DNA of 64,000 nucleotides, from contig OZ287708.1 in NCBI GenBank assembly GCA_965649825.1, forward strand, positions 77,101 through 141,100, given 5' to 3'. Numbering within the stretch: position 1 is the stretch's first letter; each line of letters opens with the position of its first letter. Below the pieces are notes generated by a model that was not told the DNA's origin, did not search any database, and saw only the letters and a list, made by a program, of their open reading frames with translations. The DNA is from Penicillus capitatus. Lineage: Eukaryota > Plantae > Chlorophyta. The position numbers and the translations under genes are program-made. Positions 23,109 through 37,904 of this stretch are shown here, in pieces.

Positions 23109-26100
23109 ATGAGCTCCTCTTCTTCTGCACGATCTGTTCGAACAAACTCTGCCCATAAGCCAAAGAAGAAAAACGTCACGCGCCGAGCGCCTCTGAAAAA
23201 AACAGCAATAGAAGAAACGCCGAAGACCAACCAGGAGATCTCGATTGAAGACTTTCGCATTTTAGAACAGATAATAGAAAGGGCAGAAGAGAGTACAAGA
23301 GCGAAAGCATCAATGAACCGACAGCGTAGGTCTCGTTGAGGCAAAGCAGGTCGTTCAGGGACAATGCTATTACAGGACCCGTGGATCTCAGTTCAATTCT
23401 GCGTAGCTACGATATCGTCCTGAGACAAAACGGGCAATCCCCTGAAGAAGACACACAGTTCTACTGCATGCTTCTCAAAATGAGTCTGGATCCGGAGACG
23501 GATTGGAAAACGAAACTCGCAAAAGAACGATGCCAGTTATGCAGGTATCTTCTTTCTTTGCCGTTATCGATCGGCATCTCTGGTCGCACAGTTCTCATCT
23601 AAAGCAGTCATCTGAAACGTCATCTGCTTCCTTGAGCTCTCTACAGGAGACGGACTGTTCTATCCGGACGTCGTCAACGTCCAAGAGCGAGATTTCGTCG
23701 TTCGGTTTAACGATCTCGACCGTTTCGCAACGAGAGACGGAGGAATCGTTGGATGCAACGGATGTGACGCATGACACATCATTTCGCGCTCTGGCGTATA
23801 GATTTCGCCGATGGAGAGCACAGACATGCGATTTCGGACACGATCGGTTCGAACACCGTTGTGCGGAGTGCTGCTTTGACGTGTGGATGGCAGACGGGTC
23901 AAAGAAGAGGCAGACGCCAACCAAATCTTGGCTGAGTCGTTCTGGGAATACCATGCAAGTGCAAGAACGTTTCATCTCTGGTGGATGAGAGAAGCGAAAC
24001 TCCTGGCCGATGCACTGCAGTACTGGAACGCACGTCGGATGTCGAGTTGCGCCGCCAGATGGAAAGAGCATGCGGCATACAAACAGTTGACAAAACGGAC
24101 GGCCGTGATCTACAAGACCGAGCTGTATTTGAGGAAGGGATATGAAGCGTGGGTTGTAGAGGTGCGACACAGGAACACACTTAAGCCCCTTGCCATTGAG
24201 CAACACGTCTTTAATGTCAAGTAATGATACACAACCTCTGGCTGTCCGATGCACTTCTCTGTAGGAAAAGGACATTGTTACATTGGAGAGGGCACGCGAG
24301 GAAAGAGATTCGACTTGGGCAACAATTTCTTCTGGTGCAAGAGACGGTCGATCGGCATGACGTGGCATTCTTGTGGGAGGCGTGGAGGCGAAAGTGATGC
24401 TAAAAATTCAGCCGGATTGTGTGAGGGCTGTATCTTGAATGCAGGTACCTGTTGCAGCTGCGTCATGCTGACCTTCTGGGACAGGCTTTGTTGAGAATCG
24501 GCCAATGGAGAGCTTCTTGGGTACTGTCTGCATGGAAATGCTGTGTGGAAGAGAGAAAGCGTCGAGCCAGTCAGGTCTTGCATCCTCTTGACGATGCAAA
24601 GGGCAAAACGAATGATCCTTGCAGATCTTCCAAGCTGTGACATTGTGGAAGAGGTCGATAACGACTCGGGCATTCGGGCAGTGGAGAGGCTATACAGATG
24701 AGAAACAGTTGGTAACAACCAAAAATCGATTGTGACGGTTCCATCATGGAGAGCTACAGGAACGGAGCAAATGTATGGCCTATCTCGTGCGAATTCATCG
24801 CCGAGAGATATCCGCTGGGTTTGTTGCGTGGACATGCTATGTTGCCAAGAAGAAGAATGTTAAGCTACGAGTCCAGAAGGCTGCTGCATTCCTACTAGCA
24901 AATTCACAGGTAACACGTTCAATGCCTTGCTAAAATACATCGCACTGGACGGGTTGCTATACAGTCGAAGGCTTGGAATTCGTGGATTGCTTACCACAGA
25001 AGGAAGCGTCGAGAACGGAATCTACAGATCAGGTGTTTTCAGTTATTTGAGAGGAGGTAATTTCGCCCCTTACCCGTACGGTACATTCAAGTCATCCGCT
25101 GCTGCAGATCACTTATTATCTGTTTGGCCGATTGGAGAGCGTCTACTCAGGAGAGCTTAAATGTCAAAGAGGCATGCCAATGCCTTTTGCAGAAGACGAG
25201 GGATCGTTTTTTGAGTCTCGCGCTGCAAGAATGGCACAAATACATTCAACGGAAAACTTGGAATCGCTGTGTGGTCGAGACACGTGTTGCAAAAATGAAA
25301 ACAAAACTGATCTGCGCGGCTTTTCATGGATGGAGAGACAAGGCATCGCACTCTGGTAAACTGAAAGCAGATCTGTCTCGCTTTGCAGCAAAAACGCAAA
25401 ACACTTGTTTGGAAAAAGCATTCGAATTCTGGAGATGGTACACCCTCGAGAAGAAACGTTGCAAGTAATCTCCCTTGACAAAAGGAACTCACTGAATTCA
25501 CGAAGCACGTGTAGGGAGCTCCTATGTGGATGCCTGGAGAAGCTTAACAAGCGATCTCTTTCTGTCATGTTTGTCAATTGGAGATGCGCATCCATTGAAG
25601 CCATGCGACTCGCATGTGCAAACGATCACCTTTCAAAGTGCTGATGTGGTGTGGGTCACTCGACAAGAGATGTTTTACAGGTGTTACGAAGAAGAGCTCA
25701 TCGTCAGCGCTGTGCAACGATGGAAGGAGATGCATTTCAAGGAACAACGTTTCAGACAGGCTGCGGAATTCTTCGCTCATTCATCACTTATCGGCATCTT
25801 TCTAAACTGGAAGGTATATCTTTCGGTGATTACGGGACGCGTCATATCTATACCATGGGTTCGGATGTAGTCCGTTGTTGTTTATCAGAAGGAAAAGCGC
25901 TTTTGTCTAATGGCTATGAAAAGCAGAAAACTCGTTGCCTCCTTTCATTCGTGGAGAGACTGGGTGCGGTACAGAAGCGATGTGCATGTCAGACTGAACC
26001 AATGGTCGTTGCATTAACATGGATCAGTTAAATTTAACGTTTCAAGTGCTTTTAGCGTGCAGCGCCTGAAGCAACGGACAGTGTGCTTTACATTCTCAAG

Positions 26101-29100
26101 TTGGCAATCATGGGTCATCGCGCAGAAATTCAAACAGGCCTCTCTGCATAAGGCCATGACAATGCGACACCACCACACAGAGAAGAAGGCATGGGTCAGT
26201 TGGCGAGAGTGTATTTCAGAGAGACAGCAAAAGGGAGAGAAACTCTTTCGTGCAATTGTGCAGTGGGAAAATGCGACACTGCATAAAACCATACAGACCT
26301 GGAGAGAAGACGTCTGGGAGACGAACAAAGTTCTCAGCCACAAGTTAACATCGTTGCTGAAGAGATGGACAGCCCAGATTCTCTGGAGAACGTTAAATCA
26401 ATGGACACTCTATGCAGAGTACGAACAGACGAAGAGAGCTCAATGGGATTTGGCCGAGTCCTATGCGAAACGTCGCGTCTCTGCAACGGTTATCAGAGGA
26501 TGGATACAGATACTGGACGAGGAACAAACACTGCAGTCCGTTGCGCTGGAGTTTTTCGAGGGTCTGCTGCTTAGAACGAGGAGGAACTGTTTGAAGCAAT
26601 GGTACGATTACCGACAGAACAAGGAACAAGAGAGAAGAATGCTTGGCTATGCTATGGCGCGTTTTGTGTGCAAACGACAGTCGATGTGTTTTCATGCTTG
26701 GCGAGAGGCAATTCCGCTGCTACAGACACAGAAACAAAAATGGTTCCTAGCACTGTCGCACAGTGTTGGATGGCAACAACGGGCGATATTCACTGCATGG
26801 AAACAGTTTGTGTCGTATCAGGGGCAGTTAAGATCTCAGATAACGATCTACGTCAAGAGATGGCAGCAGTGCAAACTCCGAACAAGCCTTTTCTGTTTCA
26901 GGTCTATTGTCATTTAGTCGAGTCCAGAGTCATGATCTTGGAATTAGGTGTCATGTTGAATGGCGGAAGGTGAAAAGACGTGTCGTCGATGTGTGGATGC
27001 ACACCACTGAGATACGTGTGTTTCATGGCTGGAAAACATATCACTTGAACATGCGCACTCTACAATGCTGCTTGATAACGGCGGCGGAAAAATGGCAATG
27101 GAAATCCGCCCAGACTGTCATTCAGGAATGGAAGTCCTATGCCGTTTGCCAACAGAACAAGCGCCATAATCTGGACAGGTAATAAAGAGCCTGTTGCGGA
27201 TAGCCTCATCATCTTTTTCCACTTAGGGCCATGATTAAATGGACAGCGAGTTATCAGTCCAGAGCATTTAATGCTTGGAGGGAATATCACGTGTCTCGGA
27301 AGAACAAAGCGCATCTCTGCCTTGTTGCCTGTTGGCATGCCTCTCGAGAACTTGAGCGTCGTTGGCTCAGAAGCTGGCGACATTACAGCTCGCGGTCACG
27401 GCAAATGCAGCACGCGATGTTCAATGTCTCTTACATGTGGCGGTGTTGTCAGCTACGGTTGGCTCTCCGATATTGGAAGTGAGGAGAGATTGATCCATCT
27501 GTCTACTCTACAAACGGCGGTTCTGCAACAGAGAACGAGGGAATGACTGCCGAAACTCCCAGATTGGAGAAGAGTTCTGCCGAGGCCGTCGTCTCGCCTT
27601 TGCATTCCACTACTGGATCGAGTTAACGCTGTACAAACAGTACATCCGAGTGACACTGCAAGAAAGGCAGTCCGTCCGAGAGCACAGGATTCAACACATG
27701 ACCCTTTCCACTTGGAGGCATCTGACCCAGGACACTGCAAAACAACGATCCCTTCGTCAGGAAGCACTAGCGGGCGTGCGGCAATTGCATGCAGCTGCTG
27801 TGATTTCAGTCTGGATGGAGAAAAGCTGCTACTACAAGACACGGCAACAAACAATCAACAGTTTTACCTTCCGAATTGCACAGTGTGTCAAGGGACACGT
27901 GGTTGTTGCATGGAAGGAGTACACTACTTATCGGCAAAGTTGCCAAGCGAAGATGCATCAACTGCAGGACCGGATGTCCTTGCACCTTCTCTCGTCGGTT
28001 TTTGTGGGATGGAGGGAAACGGTAGGTATCCGGAAAGAACGCCAGAGAAAACTGGGCATAGCATTGAAGAGAACGCAACACGCGTCGCTGTCTCATGCGT
28101 TTGTTTCGTGGCGATCTTGGGCAGAAGAAGCTTCTCGGTTGACCACATTCTTCGCCCGGAGGCACCAGAATCTAATGAAAGAGATGCTTCTGCATTGGCG
28201 CAGTTGGTCGCATTATGACCGCGATCTGAAAAACAGATGCACATGGTTTCTCCGTCAGACTCAGCTCCGTGATCTCTCAAGCGTTCTCTCGAGCTGGTAC
28301 TTCTATGTCTTATATCGCCAAAACCTGCAGTCTGTGCTGAGCGACGCCTATTCAAAGCGCGAGCACTGTATGATGGAAACAACGTTTTGGGCATGGCAGC
28401 GTCACACAGAGGAGGCGAGAGCACGTGCACAGAAAGTTGAACAATGTCTGACGGCGAGGGGGCATCATCAGCTAGCGTCTTCCCTTCATTTCTGGATCCT
28501 TTTTGCTGGATACAGGCAAGAACTCAGATCCAAGGAGCTATCTATCCTGGAAGGGTCGCAAAGAAGAAGGCAGTCGGCGTTCTTCGTATCTTGGAGAGAG
28601 TACACTGAGTATGTGCGATGGATTCGGCCACGATTGTCGTCTTTCTCTATGATTCTCCAACGGAAATACATCCACCGAGTGTTTGCAAGCTGGCAGAGTT
28701 TTGTCATATGCCAAAGTGGAGCTCGTTGTATTTTGTTCCACATCAGAAGTCGCACAGTGATGGATAGCTTCCGCTCGTGGTTAGAGATAACGCAATGGAA
28801 TCGAGATCTTCGAGCTAAACTCAGCATCTGTATGGAGAATCTTCGAAAGAGAACGTTGTGCGTGGACTTTGGACATTGGAAGGCGTATGCATCGCAGAGA
28901 ATCGTACAGAACTGTAGGAAGAGAAGTGCAGACGAGCACTACGTCCAGACCAGTGTACATAAGGCATTGAGAGAGTGGTTGACAAGGTGCCGAACAGAGA
29001 AACGGGTTCTGGCATTTTGGCCCAGGCGAACGACTGCTAAGGTCCTGTCCATCAGTTACCGTGCAGACATACCCACTCATCTGTCTTTGCTGTTCAGGTC

Positions 29101-32100
29101 TTCTCAAACTGGAAACTGTACTGCGTATATCGCCAGAGATGTCGATTCCTAATGGATGTGATCGGCCGAAATCGGGCATCGAGACTCACGCAATCCGTTT
29201 TCTATTCGTGGAGTTATCACAGTAACCTGATGAAGACATCTCGAGAGGTAGGCTACGTATTCTGTCCAATGCCCATAGATCTCTGATGCGCATTTAGGTG
29301 TTCACTCATGTACAACACAGAGTTCTGTACAGATGCATTTGTGACTGGAAGACGCGATTCGAAGAGCTAAAGGAGAAGGGAGCCTTGACAGAGAAAGCCA
29401 CGTCCTATTGCTTAAACACGACTCTCGGAAAAACATTCCATCATTGGCACGAATGCACTCAGTATGCCATACACAAGCAACGCGTTGAGACAAACGCCAT
29501 TCGATTTCGCCTTCATCGCACACTCGAGTGCGCTTTTCGTGGATGGGGAATGTTTTATGTGTCCGCTGTCGAAAAGCAAGACCATATTGCAAAGGCAGTT
29601 CAACATTGGCGAATTTGGACACTTTTCTCCTCCTTTACTGAGTGGAAGGAGTACAAAGACGCATCCTCAGACAAACGGCGATGCACAGAAATGGCCATCC
29701 GTTGGTGGCACTGTGTGTCAACAGCATCGTGTTTCCGAACGTGGTATACATGTTTGGAGATCCACCGAACAGAGATGGACCGACGTGAAAGAGCCATCTC
29801 GCTGTGGATCCGAAATCTCGAACGAAGAGTTTTCTGCTATTGGGCCATGTTCCTTCAGAATCGACGCTACAAACAGTATATCACACTCGAGGCTCGACAG
29901 TTCCGGAAGAATCGGCAGATGACTTTGGCCTTTCATTCGTGGCAACTCGTCTGGCAAAATGCTCAGAAGAAGGTGATCGCGATTGGCCAAGCAATGCACT
30001 TCTGGCAAATGCATGCCCTTCAAAAAGGCATGTGGGGATGGCAAATGGGTGCGGTGAATTCTCAAATAAAACGCATGACGATCACAAGGGCGTTTTCTCT
30101 TTGGAGGAGTACCTATCTATCCAAGACGTTCTCGCATTGGAAAGGCTACACATCTTACAACTGTTTACTCAGGAGCCGCCTAACATCGAGTCTGCAGTTC
30201 ATGGAAATGCACGTGGCACAAACAACAATCGAAATGTGGAAAATATTCACCGTCCATTCGCTAATGAAGAAAGAAAGAATAACGTTGGCACTGCAGATGA
30301 TCAGGAAGCATCTTCAGTTAAAGGCTTTGAATGCCTGGATGGAATACGTCGATGATCGCCAAGTGAAAAGGCAGAACCTCGAAGCTGCCACACATCTGTG
30401 GCGCAATGCTATTGGACAGAAGGCGTGTCGAACGTGGAAGAGTCTAACAGCAGAACATGTGCAACTGAAAGAACTCCGACAGATGCTTCTACAGACATGG
30501 CAGCACAAGAAGCTGATGGAATCGTTTAGCGAATGGAAGGTGCCCAGCTAAGAAGCTCCTGGATTGGTGTGCTGAACTTTTTTGATCATAAGGTGTACAC
30601 GAATGGAAGACAAGAAACGAAAAACCGGCTCGAGGGATTCATCGCAAAGTTGACAACGGAGCGAATGTGGAATGCATTTGAAGTTCTGAGACAGTACCGT
30701 GAACAAAGAGTGCATAAGCGAATGGCTCTTCGACACTGGGAAGATACGATCCTGAGAAGGTAACCGTCAACACACTCTTCCGAAGCATCATGAGAGAAAT
30801 CCAGGTCCCTGGAGATCTGGCAAAGATATTCGGACGAACGCCGAGACAAGAAGACAAAATGCGAGATGGCGGCGCACTTCCTGTGGCATTACACCATGGC
30901 TTCTGCTTTTTGCGCATGGAGAGAGTATCGTTTTGACAGTGTTCACGGCAGAAAAGCACTGTTGTGGTGGCAACACTCCTCTCTTAAAGGTATGAGTAAT
31001 TCTGGATGCAGACATACGTCGAGAGACGGCTGCACAGGTGCATTTACGAAATGGGTGGAATACACGACGGAAAGGCAGAACGAAGCTGATCAAACAGCGA
31101 ATTCCCTTGCTCACTGGATGAACCAGTCAATGTCCCGAGCCTTTGAAAAGTGGATGGTGTACGTCGGCCAGAGACAGCGTCGCATGATTCTTATCCAAAA
31201 TGCGATCGCACATTGGGAACAGAACACCTTTGCCAAAGTGATGCTTAACAGAGCGAACACGATGTGCCACAGGGTTGGCTTTTCAGGTCCTTCTGACGTG
31301 GATCGAGTATGCCACTGCTGTACAAGAGAAGAGAGAGATGGTATGGCGTTGCGTACAGCGAATGTCCAGTCGCAAAATGACAATGGCTTTTACCTATTGG
31401 AAGGCGGTTGTGGAGAACAAGACATCCCTGAGACAGATTCAATGGGAATGCTCCATGCGGTTCAGCAGTAAGATGCTCGCCACGTCCTTTGCCGCCTGGC
31501 GAGAGACCACTGACTGGAAGATCTACAAGAGACATGTGTGATGAGGTCCATACAACACGGATCCCCATGACGGTGACATGGATAGGTCATATGGCAGAGT
31601 CTCTGCCGACTGAGGCGAAGACAGTTGTCGGAGGGTTGGAATCAATGGCGATCGTTTGTCGCGTGGAGAGAAAAGAAAAGATATGCCCAATGGCTCTCTG
31701 AAAACAAGAGGCGGCAATGTGCCTTTATCTCTATGCAGTACTACACACACCTGAAAAACGCGGAACACGATCTCCAAGCAAAGAGAAATGCAAGGTCGCT
31801 CAGAAAAGTGCTCACGTGGTATTGGAACGCTTTCTGAATTAGGTTGAAGTGCAAGGCATGGGAGGAATGGATGCGTTCTGTTGAGGATTGGCGCCTGCAA
31901 TGCATCCTTGCAGAGAATTGGCGGCTGGAGAAAGCCCACGAAAAAATGATGGACCCCAAAGGGGTCGTCTTGTATCACTGGACTGTTCATTTATCGTTGG
32001 CCAAATCCGTAGCTGCATTACGCGGCAGAGTCTGCACCAGCAGTCTTCGAGCGAGGTTCTTTGTATGGAGATACCATACTGAGCTCTTGCCAAGACTCAG

Positions 32101-34929
32101 AGAAATCTCCAATCGAGTTTGTCAGCAATGGCTGCATTCGACTCTACATGCTTGGAGGTCAGTCAGCCTCATGTCGCTCGCCTCTAAGGATATGCCATCT
32201 GTTTTGAAGGGAGAGGACAGAGAAGACAAGACAACAAGAAGAGGCCGTGACTGCGTTTCGACGATCGTTGTTGACGGACGATTCTGGCAGAATGGAAGTC
32301 GTCTCATCAGCCATTCGAAGATGGCAACGTCTCCCAGTCTCCAGAGCCTTCCATCATTGGCTTGAATTGTCAAGATCTAAGGTGTGGTGTGCATGGAATG
32401 ATCATTTAGTATGTGAAGGACTTCTGCTCTCTAGATTTTTCTTCGTGCATCCACTGAGATGGCCTTGAAGCATCTCTATCGCAGTCTGGCCTCGCGCGCT
32501 TTGATGGCTCTTCGGAAGCATGTCGATAAGAAATGGAAAAAGAGACATGCCGTTTCCTTTCGTCAGCATCAGTTACTTTCCTCATCTCTTCAGAAATGGA
32601 GGCTAAAGAGAGAGGTGAAAAACTCGTTGGCATGTTGTACTGCCTCCAAGTTCAATTCTTTCTCCAGATGGCTCACGCCAAGAGAAAGAGATCGGACCTC
32701 GCTGTGATGGCTTACGCACGCGTTCTTCTGTTAAAATCATGGACGGAGTGGAATGCATTCAGCAAAGGGAGGAAGCAAGAGAAGGCATTCCTGGCCAGAG
32801 CACAAGAGCAGCTGAGAACACATCGGATCACGGACCTCTTTCGACGATGGAAGAGATGGGTCGTCGAGCTGAAGCACCGAAGAGATGAAGCATGTCGCCT
32901 TGGACAAAGAGTTCACGATCTGCTTCTGCGACATCTGCTCATGGGTCAGTGTCTGGCATAGACGCATCTTTCCTTCTTCAAGCATCTCTTCCGCGAGTGG
33001 AGGCATCTGACAATCAGAAACACGATTCTTCTAGAGGGATTTCAAGTGAGGATGCCTGGACCAATTCCTGCAGCCATCGTTTTTTCTGCAGATCGTACAC
33101 CATCTCAATATCCAGAGAGTGTTGCACCGAACCTTCTCAGGATGGTTGTCGGAGGCAATGGCTTCCAAAACACGAAGGGTGCGACATTGTCTGAAGAGAT
33201 CGAGTTGAAAGACCTTTCTTAATGATGCAGATCGCATTGCACGATCATTTGATGAAATGGATGCCACGAAGACAACGACCATTGTTCGAAACTTGGTTCC
33301 AGATGGCGAGAGATGCAAGGACAGAAAGAGAGATCGAAGCTTTCTGCGATCGCCGACGGCAAACAACGACCTTCACTGGATGGAATACAGTGCTCCGGGA
33401 GATTAAGGAGAGCAGAGCAGATTTTTTGTATGCTGCCACACTTCTGAAAAGGTCCCGCACGTGTTTCACTCTGCCTTCTCTAAAGCATTTCATCCCAGGG
33501 CCGTTCTTGGTTGGATCTACTATTTAAGAGATCGTCAAACTGGACGTACCTTCAGGACACGTGCACAAAGCCATCGAAATCATCATCTCTCGTGCATTTC
33601 CTTCAGCGAGTGGCAGTACTCCGCCCTGCGACGAAAAGAGCTTCGACGGGTGGAGTCTGTTGTCTCTCTCCGATGGAATCTCGCCCAAATGAGACGTGTC
33701 TTTGCTGTGTGGAGACTGGATTGTCAGTCACTAAAACTCGACAGAACGAAACGTATCGTACGTGCACTGGATAGCTGGGAACAGTACGTGGACGCTCGAA
33801 GATTCAAACGCATCCAGAACAACAGCGCTTCGCAAAAAGCATTGGTTTCTCTCATGAAGCGATGGTTTGGCAAATGGAGATCCGAAACTCAGGACAGAGT
33901 TCTGAAACAGACAATCTTCGTTCAGAAACAGGAGGCCATTCGCACTGCCATCGAATGGGGAGATCGACATCTGCGACAGCAACAGCGACAAACGACGATG
34001 CAAATCTTCGTCGCGTGGAGAGCATTTGTCAATCGGAGAGCGCAAAAGGCTGCAGCACTGGATAGAGCCTGGCAACACTACGCCTGTTCGATTACACAAT
34101 CGACCTTCGATCAATGGCAAACACTAAAGCGAGATACGGCGATGTGGAGACATGAGCAAGAACGAGCAGCCGAGCAGCATTTTCGTCACCGTCTCGCAAT
34201 CTCGAGTCTCTGCGCGTGGGCTGACTACACTCGAACCCAATTCAGAAAGAGAATCGCGCTTGAAAACGTTCTCGAAAAGACGTGGCACAGAAAGGCAACG
34301 AATTCAAAGAGAGAGATGGTTGCTGCTTGGAAGCTGAGGACCCGACTGTCGAGAAATAGGCGCATCCAGGCAGACCTCATGTTTCGCACGCATACCAATG
34401 CCATTCTCCAAGTGCATTCTTCCCTCCCTCCCTCCCTCTACACTTCCCAGTGATAATCTTGTGACAGGACATCCTTTGGACGTGGGCGAGCTATACAAGA
34501 GCTATGCAGAATGATGTGACGTCCACAACTTTGGACAGCATTGGGCGTATCCCAGCGAAGAGAATGTCGTCGCTCTCGGCGTTGCTTCATTGGACACATA
34601 CAGAGGATGCCTCCACATCTAGACGCCTTGACAGCAAAGCGGCAGCGACGGCACCGAGTGGAGATCTTTCTGCGAACGACGATTCGAGAGGGCAACGCGA
34701 TTTCGATTCCGTTGAGACCGCGACATCTGACTCCAGTCGATGGCGGTCAGTCGAGACGATACCTCGCTTCTCGACATCGATCGTTGGTTTTAGGATCTTC
34801 CGCAGACGAAGCTCGACGGCAACAGAGGAGGACAGCGATCGGCTTCCTTCTCGAAGAAGATCTTCGACTGGAGAGTTGTTCTCAAGAATCATGACCGATC
34901 TGCGACGCCTTCGCAAAAGAATACATTGA
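23109..34929 (+). CDS. SFI1: Giant Sfi1-like centrin-binding repeat protein (~30+ small introns)
   Basis: N-terminal LRSYDIVLRQNG.SPEEDTQFYCMLLKMSLDPETDWKTKL. Then ~10 kb of exons with 33-aa periodic A-x7-LL-x3-F-x2-W repeats rich in W/R/K (spacing counted by hand in ORF 26057-26917). Ser/Arg-rich C-terminus ends at TGA 34929. Confidence 0.8.
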
Positions 34930-35113
34930 CTGACACTTCTCCTGTCTCCATCGTCAGCCGAAGGCCCGTTCGACACATTTTTTCAATTTTCTTTCTCAGC
35001 ACACTTTTGTGTTTTTCACAACAACGTTCATAAAAAACTGCAGAACTTGCAGAATACTGTATGTAGATTTACAGGATCTGAATTCTTTGCATCGTACATT
35101 GCCTCGGATCTGT

Positions 35114-37729
35114 TCAGTAGTTGCTGCCATTCTTTCGATGGTGCACTGCTGAGACGTCGCCTTTGTTTAGCACCTCCCCGCCTTCGACCGTTGCGTAGAC
35201 GATCCAATGATCTCCAGCTTCCATGCGTTCCTTTACTGTACATTCCACATAGGATACGGCATTGTGAATGACCACACAGCCTGTCTCTTCGCACACCTGT
35301 CACATCAATCATTCAACACACGACTCTCACGATCCGTCAGGAGGCGACACCTCAGTGACGAGGCCATCAAATCGATTCTGACCAGGATTGAAGGGCTTGA
35401 GCATATGTTTCATGATATCCAGTTCTTTTCCTTCTGCAAGGATATTCACATTGAAACGATTGCCCTCGAGTAAGACGTTCTCGACGGCACGATCGCGTTT
35501 GACAGCGATGGTGAGTCCAGGTGGATTGAAACTTGCTTGCGATACCCAGCTGGCCAACATGCCACTCTCTGCATCGCCGTCTTTGCCACTGATGACACAC
35601 AGAGATCCAACGATGCGACCAACGGCTTGAGAAGCGTCTGAGGCGGTTCGAGAACGCGACACGCCGATGGATTGCTTTTCACGTTTCTTTAGATTCTTCT
35701 CGACTTCTTGAGCCAAATCTGTGCCGCTCTCTTCGCATACTTGGAGATCCTGTAGATATATAGAAAGGGTATATGTGGAGTGTATGGATGGATGTACTTT
35801 GGCGGTCGGCTTCATTTTGACACGGATGGCATCGAAAGCAAATTTGAATCCGGCATCTCTCAGACGTTGCTCCATCTCGTCCACAGCCTCACCACTCCAC
35901 CCAAAGCTTCCAAATACACCACAAGGCAACTGTCTCGCCTGTGTATTACCGACGATTAACCCCAGGACTGTCTGAACCTGCGTCGGCAGGTGACCCCCAA
36001 GTGTCGGGCTCCCTTCACAAAGAGCCGTGTCAACCACGAGGGTGTTAGTGTAAAAAGCATACCGATGATGAATCCATCAATTTCGCCGAGCGCCTTTTCG
36101 ACGTCCGACAGTTCGGATGTCTCCAAATTGAATGTTTGGACTCCTAGTCCACTCTTCTGCATACCGTGGCTGATGGCCTACATCTCTGTATGTTGACGGT
36201 CCATGCTTCTGAACTCTGTCTCACCTGAGCAAGAGCAGCAGTGTTGCCATAGGCACTTGCATAGAACACAGCAATGGTGCCTTTTGTACTGCTCTGCTTC
36301 TTGATCCACTCGGCATAGTTCTCAACGAGTTCGTGTAGTGAATTTCGCACAACGGGGCCGTGCATTGGACAGATACCCGCTATTTCCCGTATCGCTTCTT
36401 CTTTCTCTTCCGTCTCCGATGCAGCAGGGGTCACCCACGACACCAGTCGACCAAACCAGTCCTGGATCGCTGGCAGCATTGAAGCAGATGCCGTTGAGAA
36501 GTTCAGTTGTTCCAGAGCTTTGGCGACCTGTAGAGCTGATGGCGCCAGCATGGTTTCAAAGAAATACTGCCAATCTGTCCCATACGTCTGCCATCCTCCG
36601 ACATCGAAAGCTGTATCCTGAACACATTGCCCCAGATCAAACCTCGTAAAACTCCGAAAGTGACGAAACAGATACCTTCACTTCTGTCAGTTCAGATGCC
36701 ACATGAGCAGAGAAGAGTTCAGACGAGAACAGAATCTTGCGTTGGGGAATGTAGATGGCAAGCATGTCTGGCCATCGAGGTGTGGCAGTCCGAATAAACT
36801 CAAAGTCCATATTCTCAGCAATCTTGATGGAACCACCAATTGGCGCCGCCATCAGTGTGCACTTGTTATAGATATCCGATTCTGTTCCCTCGTTATCTAA
36901 TAGCCAAAACAGAAGACAGTTGTGGGCGTGTGCCGTTCCAGTCATGCAAAAGGAGTTTGTTACCAAATGCGTTGCGCAAGAAACGGATTGCAGCAGCACT
37001 GGCAATGATATCAACTGGATTTGATCCATCTGCGTCGATCAAATGGATCAAAGATCTCAAAACGGGCAATGCATCGGGTTGAAGATGCGTAAGAACGATT
37101 TTGCCAATCCTCTTCGCCGCAATCGTTTTCTGCAGCGTCAAAACTTCACACATGAAGAAAGCACTCAGAAATGAACGCCGTTGTGATATCAGATGTACGA
37201 AAAGGAGATGAAAATGGCTCCGATGGTACATCGATGAGGACAGTCGCCTCTCGAGTGGCTCCCTTCACGAGATAAGCATTCTCAGTCGTGCCGCGTTTTC
37301 TCCCATACTCCACTTCGAATTTGAGACGCTCGAGACAGCTGCTGCGAATCGCCACCAGCTCAGAAGACACTTCGAATACTGATGCATTCCCCATCTGCTG
37401 TACCGCTCCTTTCTCCTGCACCACCCGAGTGCCCTCATGACTCGCCGGCAGTGCCGACGGCGGCTCACTTGTGTCGTTATCGACGACGTAGCTTCGCAGA
37501 CAGGATGGGACAAAATCGATCGCACACGCGAAAACTGTGGCTGAAAAGGAAGGGCGGCACCGTGCCGTGCAGGTGGCGTGTTTCGCGTTCCCGTGCGTTC
37601 GAACATTCCCGTCTTCGCCGTTCTCATTCGTTCTGCCGAAATCTGAGGTGTGATCGACGTTGTCGTCATCGTCTTGGACCAAACCGGAACGGTACGGCAG
37701 ATACACGTCTGCCTTCGCTGTCGCCTCAT
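35114..37729 (-). CDS. FLVA: Flavodiiron protein, FLVA type (beta-lactamase-like + flavodoxin + flavin reductase), multi-exon; start 37729 or 37669
   Basis: LKFEVEYGRKRGTTENAYLV; non-canonical THLQPDA in place of HxExDH; YASAYGNTAALA, GSPTLGGH, GVFGSFGWSGEAVD, MLASWVSQASFNPPGLTIAV, EAGDHWIVY, AVHHRKNGSNY*. Confidence 0.92.
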
Positions 37730-37904
37730 CGGAAACAGCAGTGCAGAAATGTTTTAACCAGTCGATGCGGAATTCGGGGGTCTTTTGGGATAGGGTCAGT
37801 TTCTGTCAGGGTCTTTCGCCATCGCCATCATCCAAACGTCTCTTCCTCAAACTCTGTTCCCGGCGGAGACGCTTTGGAAACGTGTTCTCTGTTCGAGACA
37901 TGAT

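Noticed and set aside
35114-37729. Missing di-iron ligands in the flavodiiron protein as a novelty
   Set aside because: Non-canonical ligands are the known state of FLVA/Flv1-type subunits.
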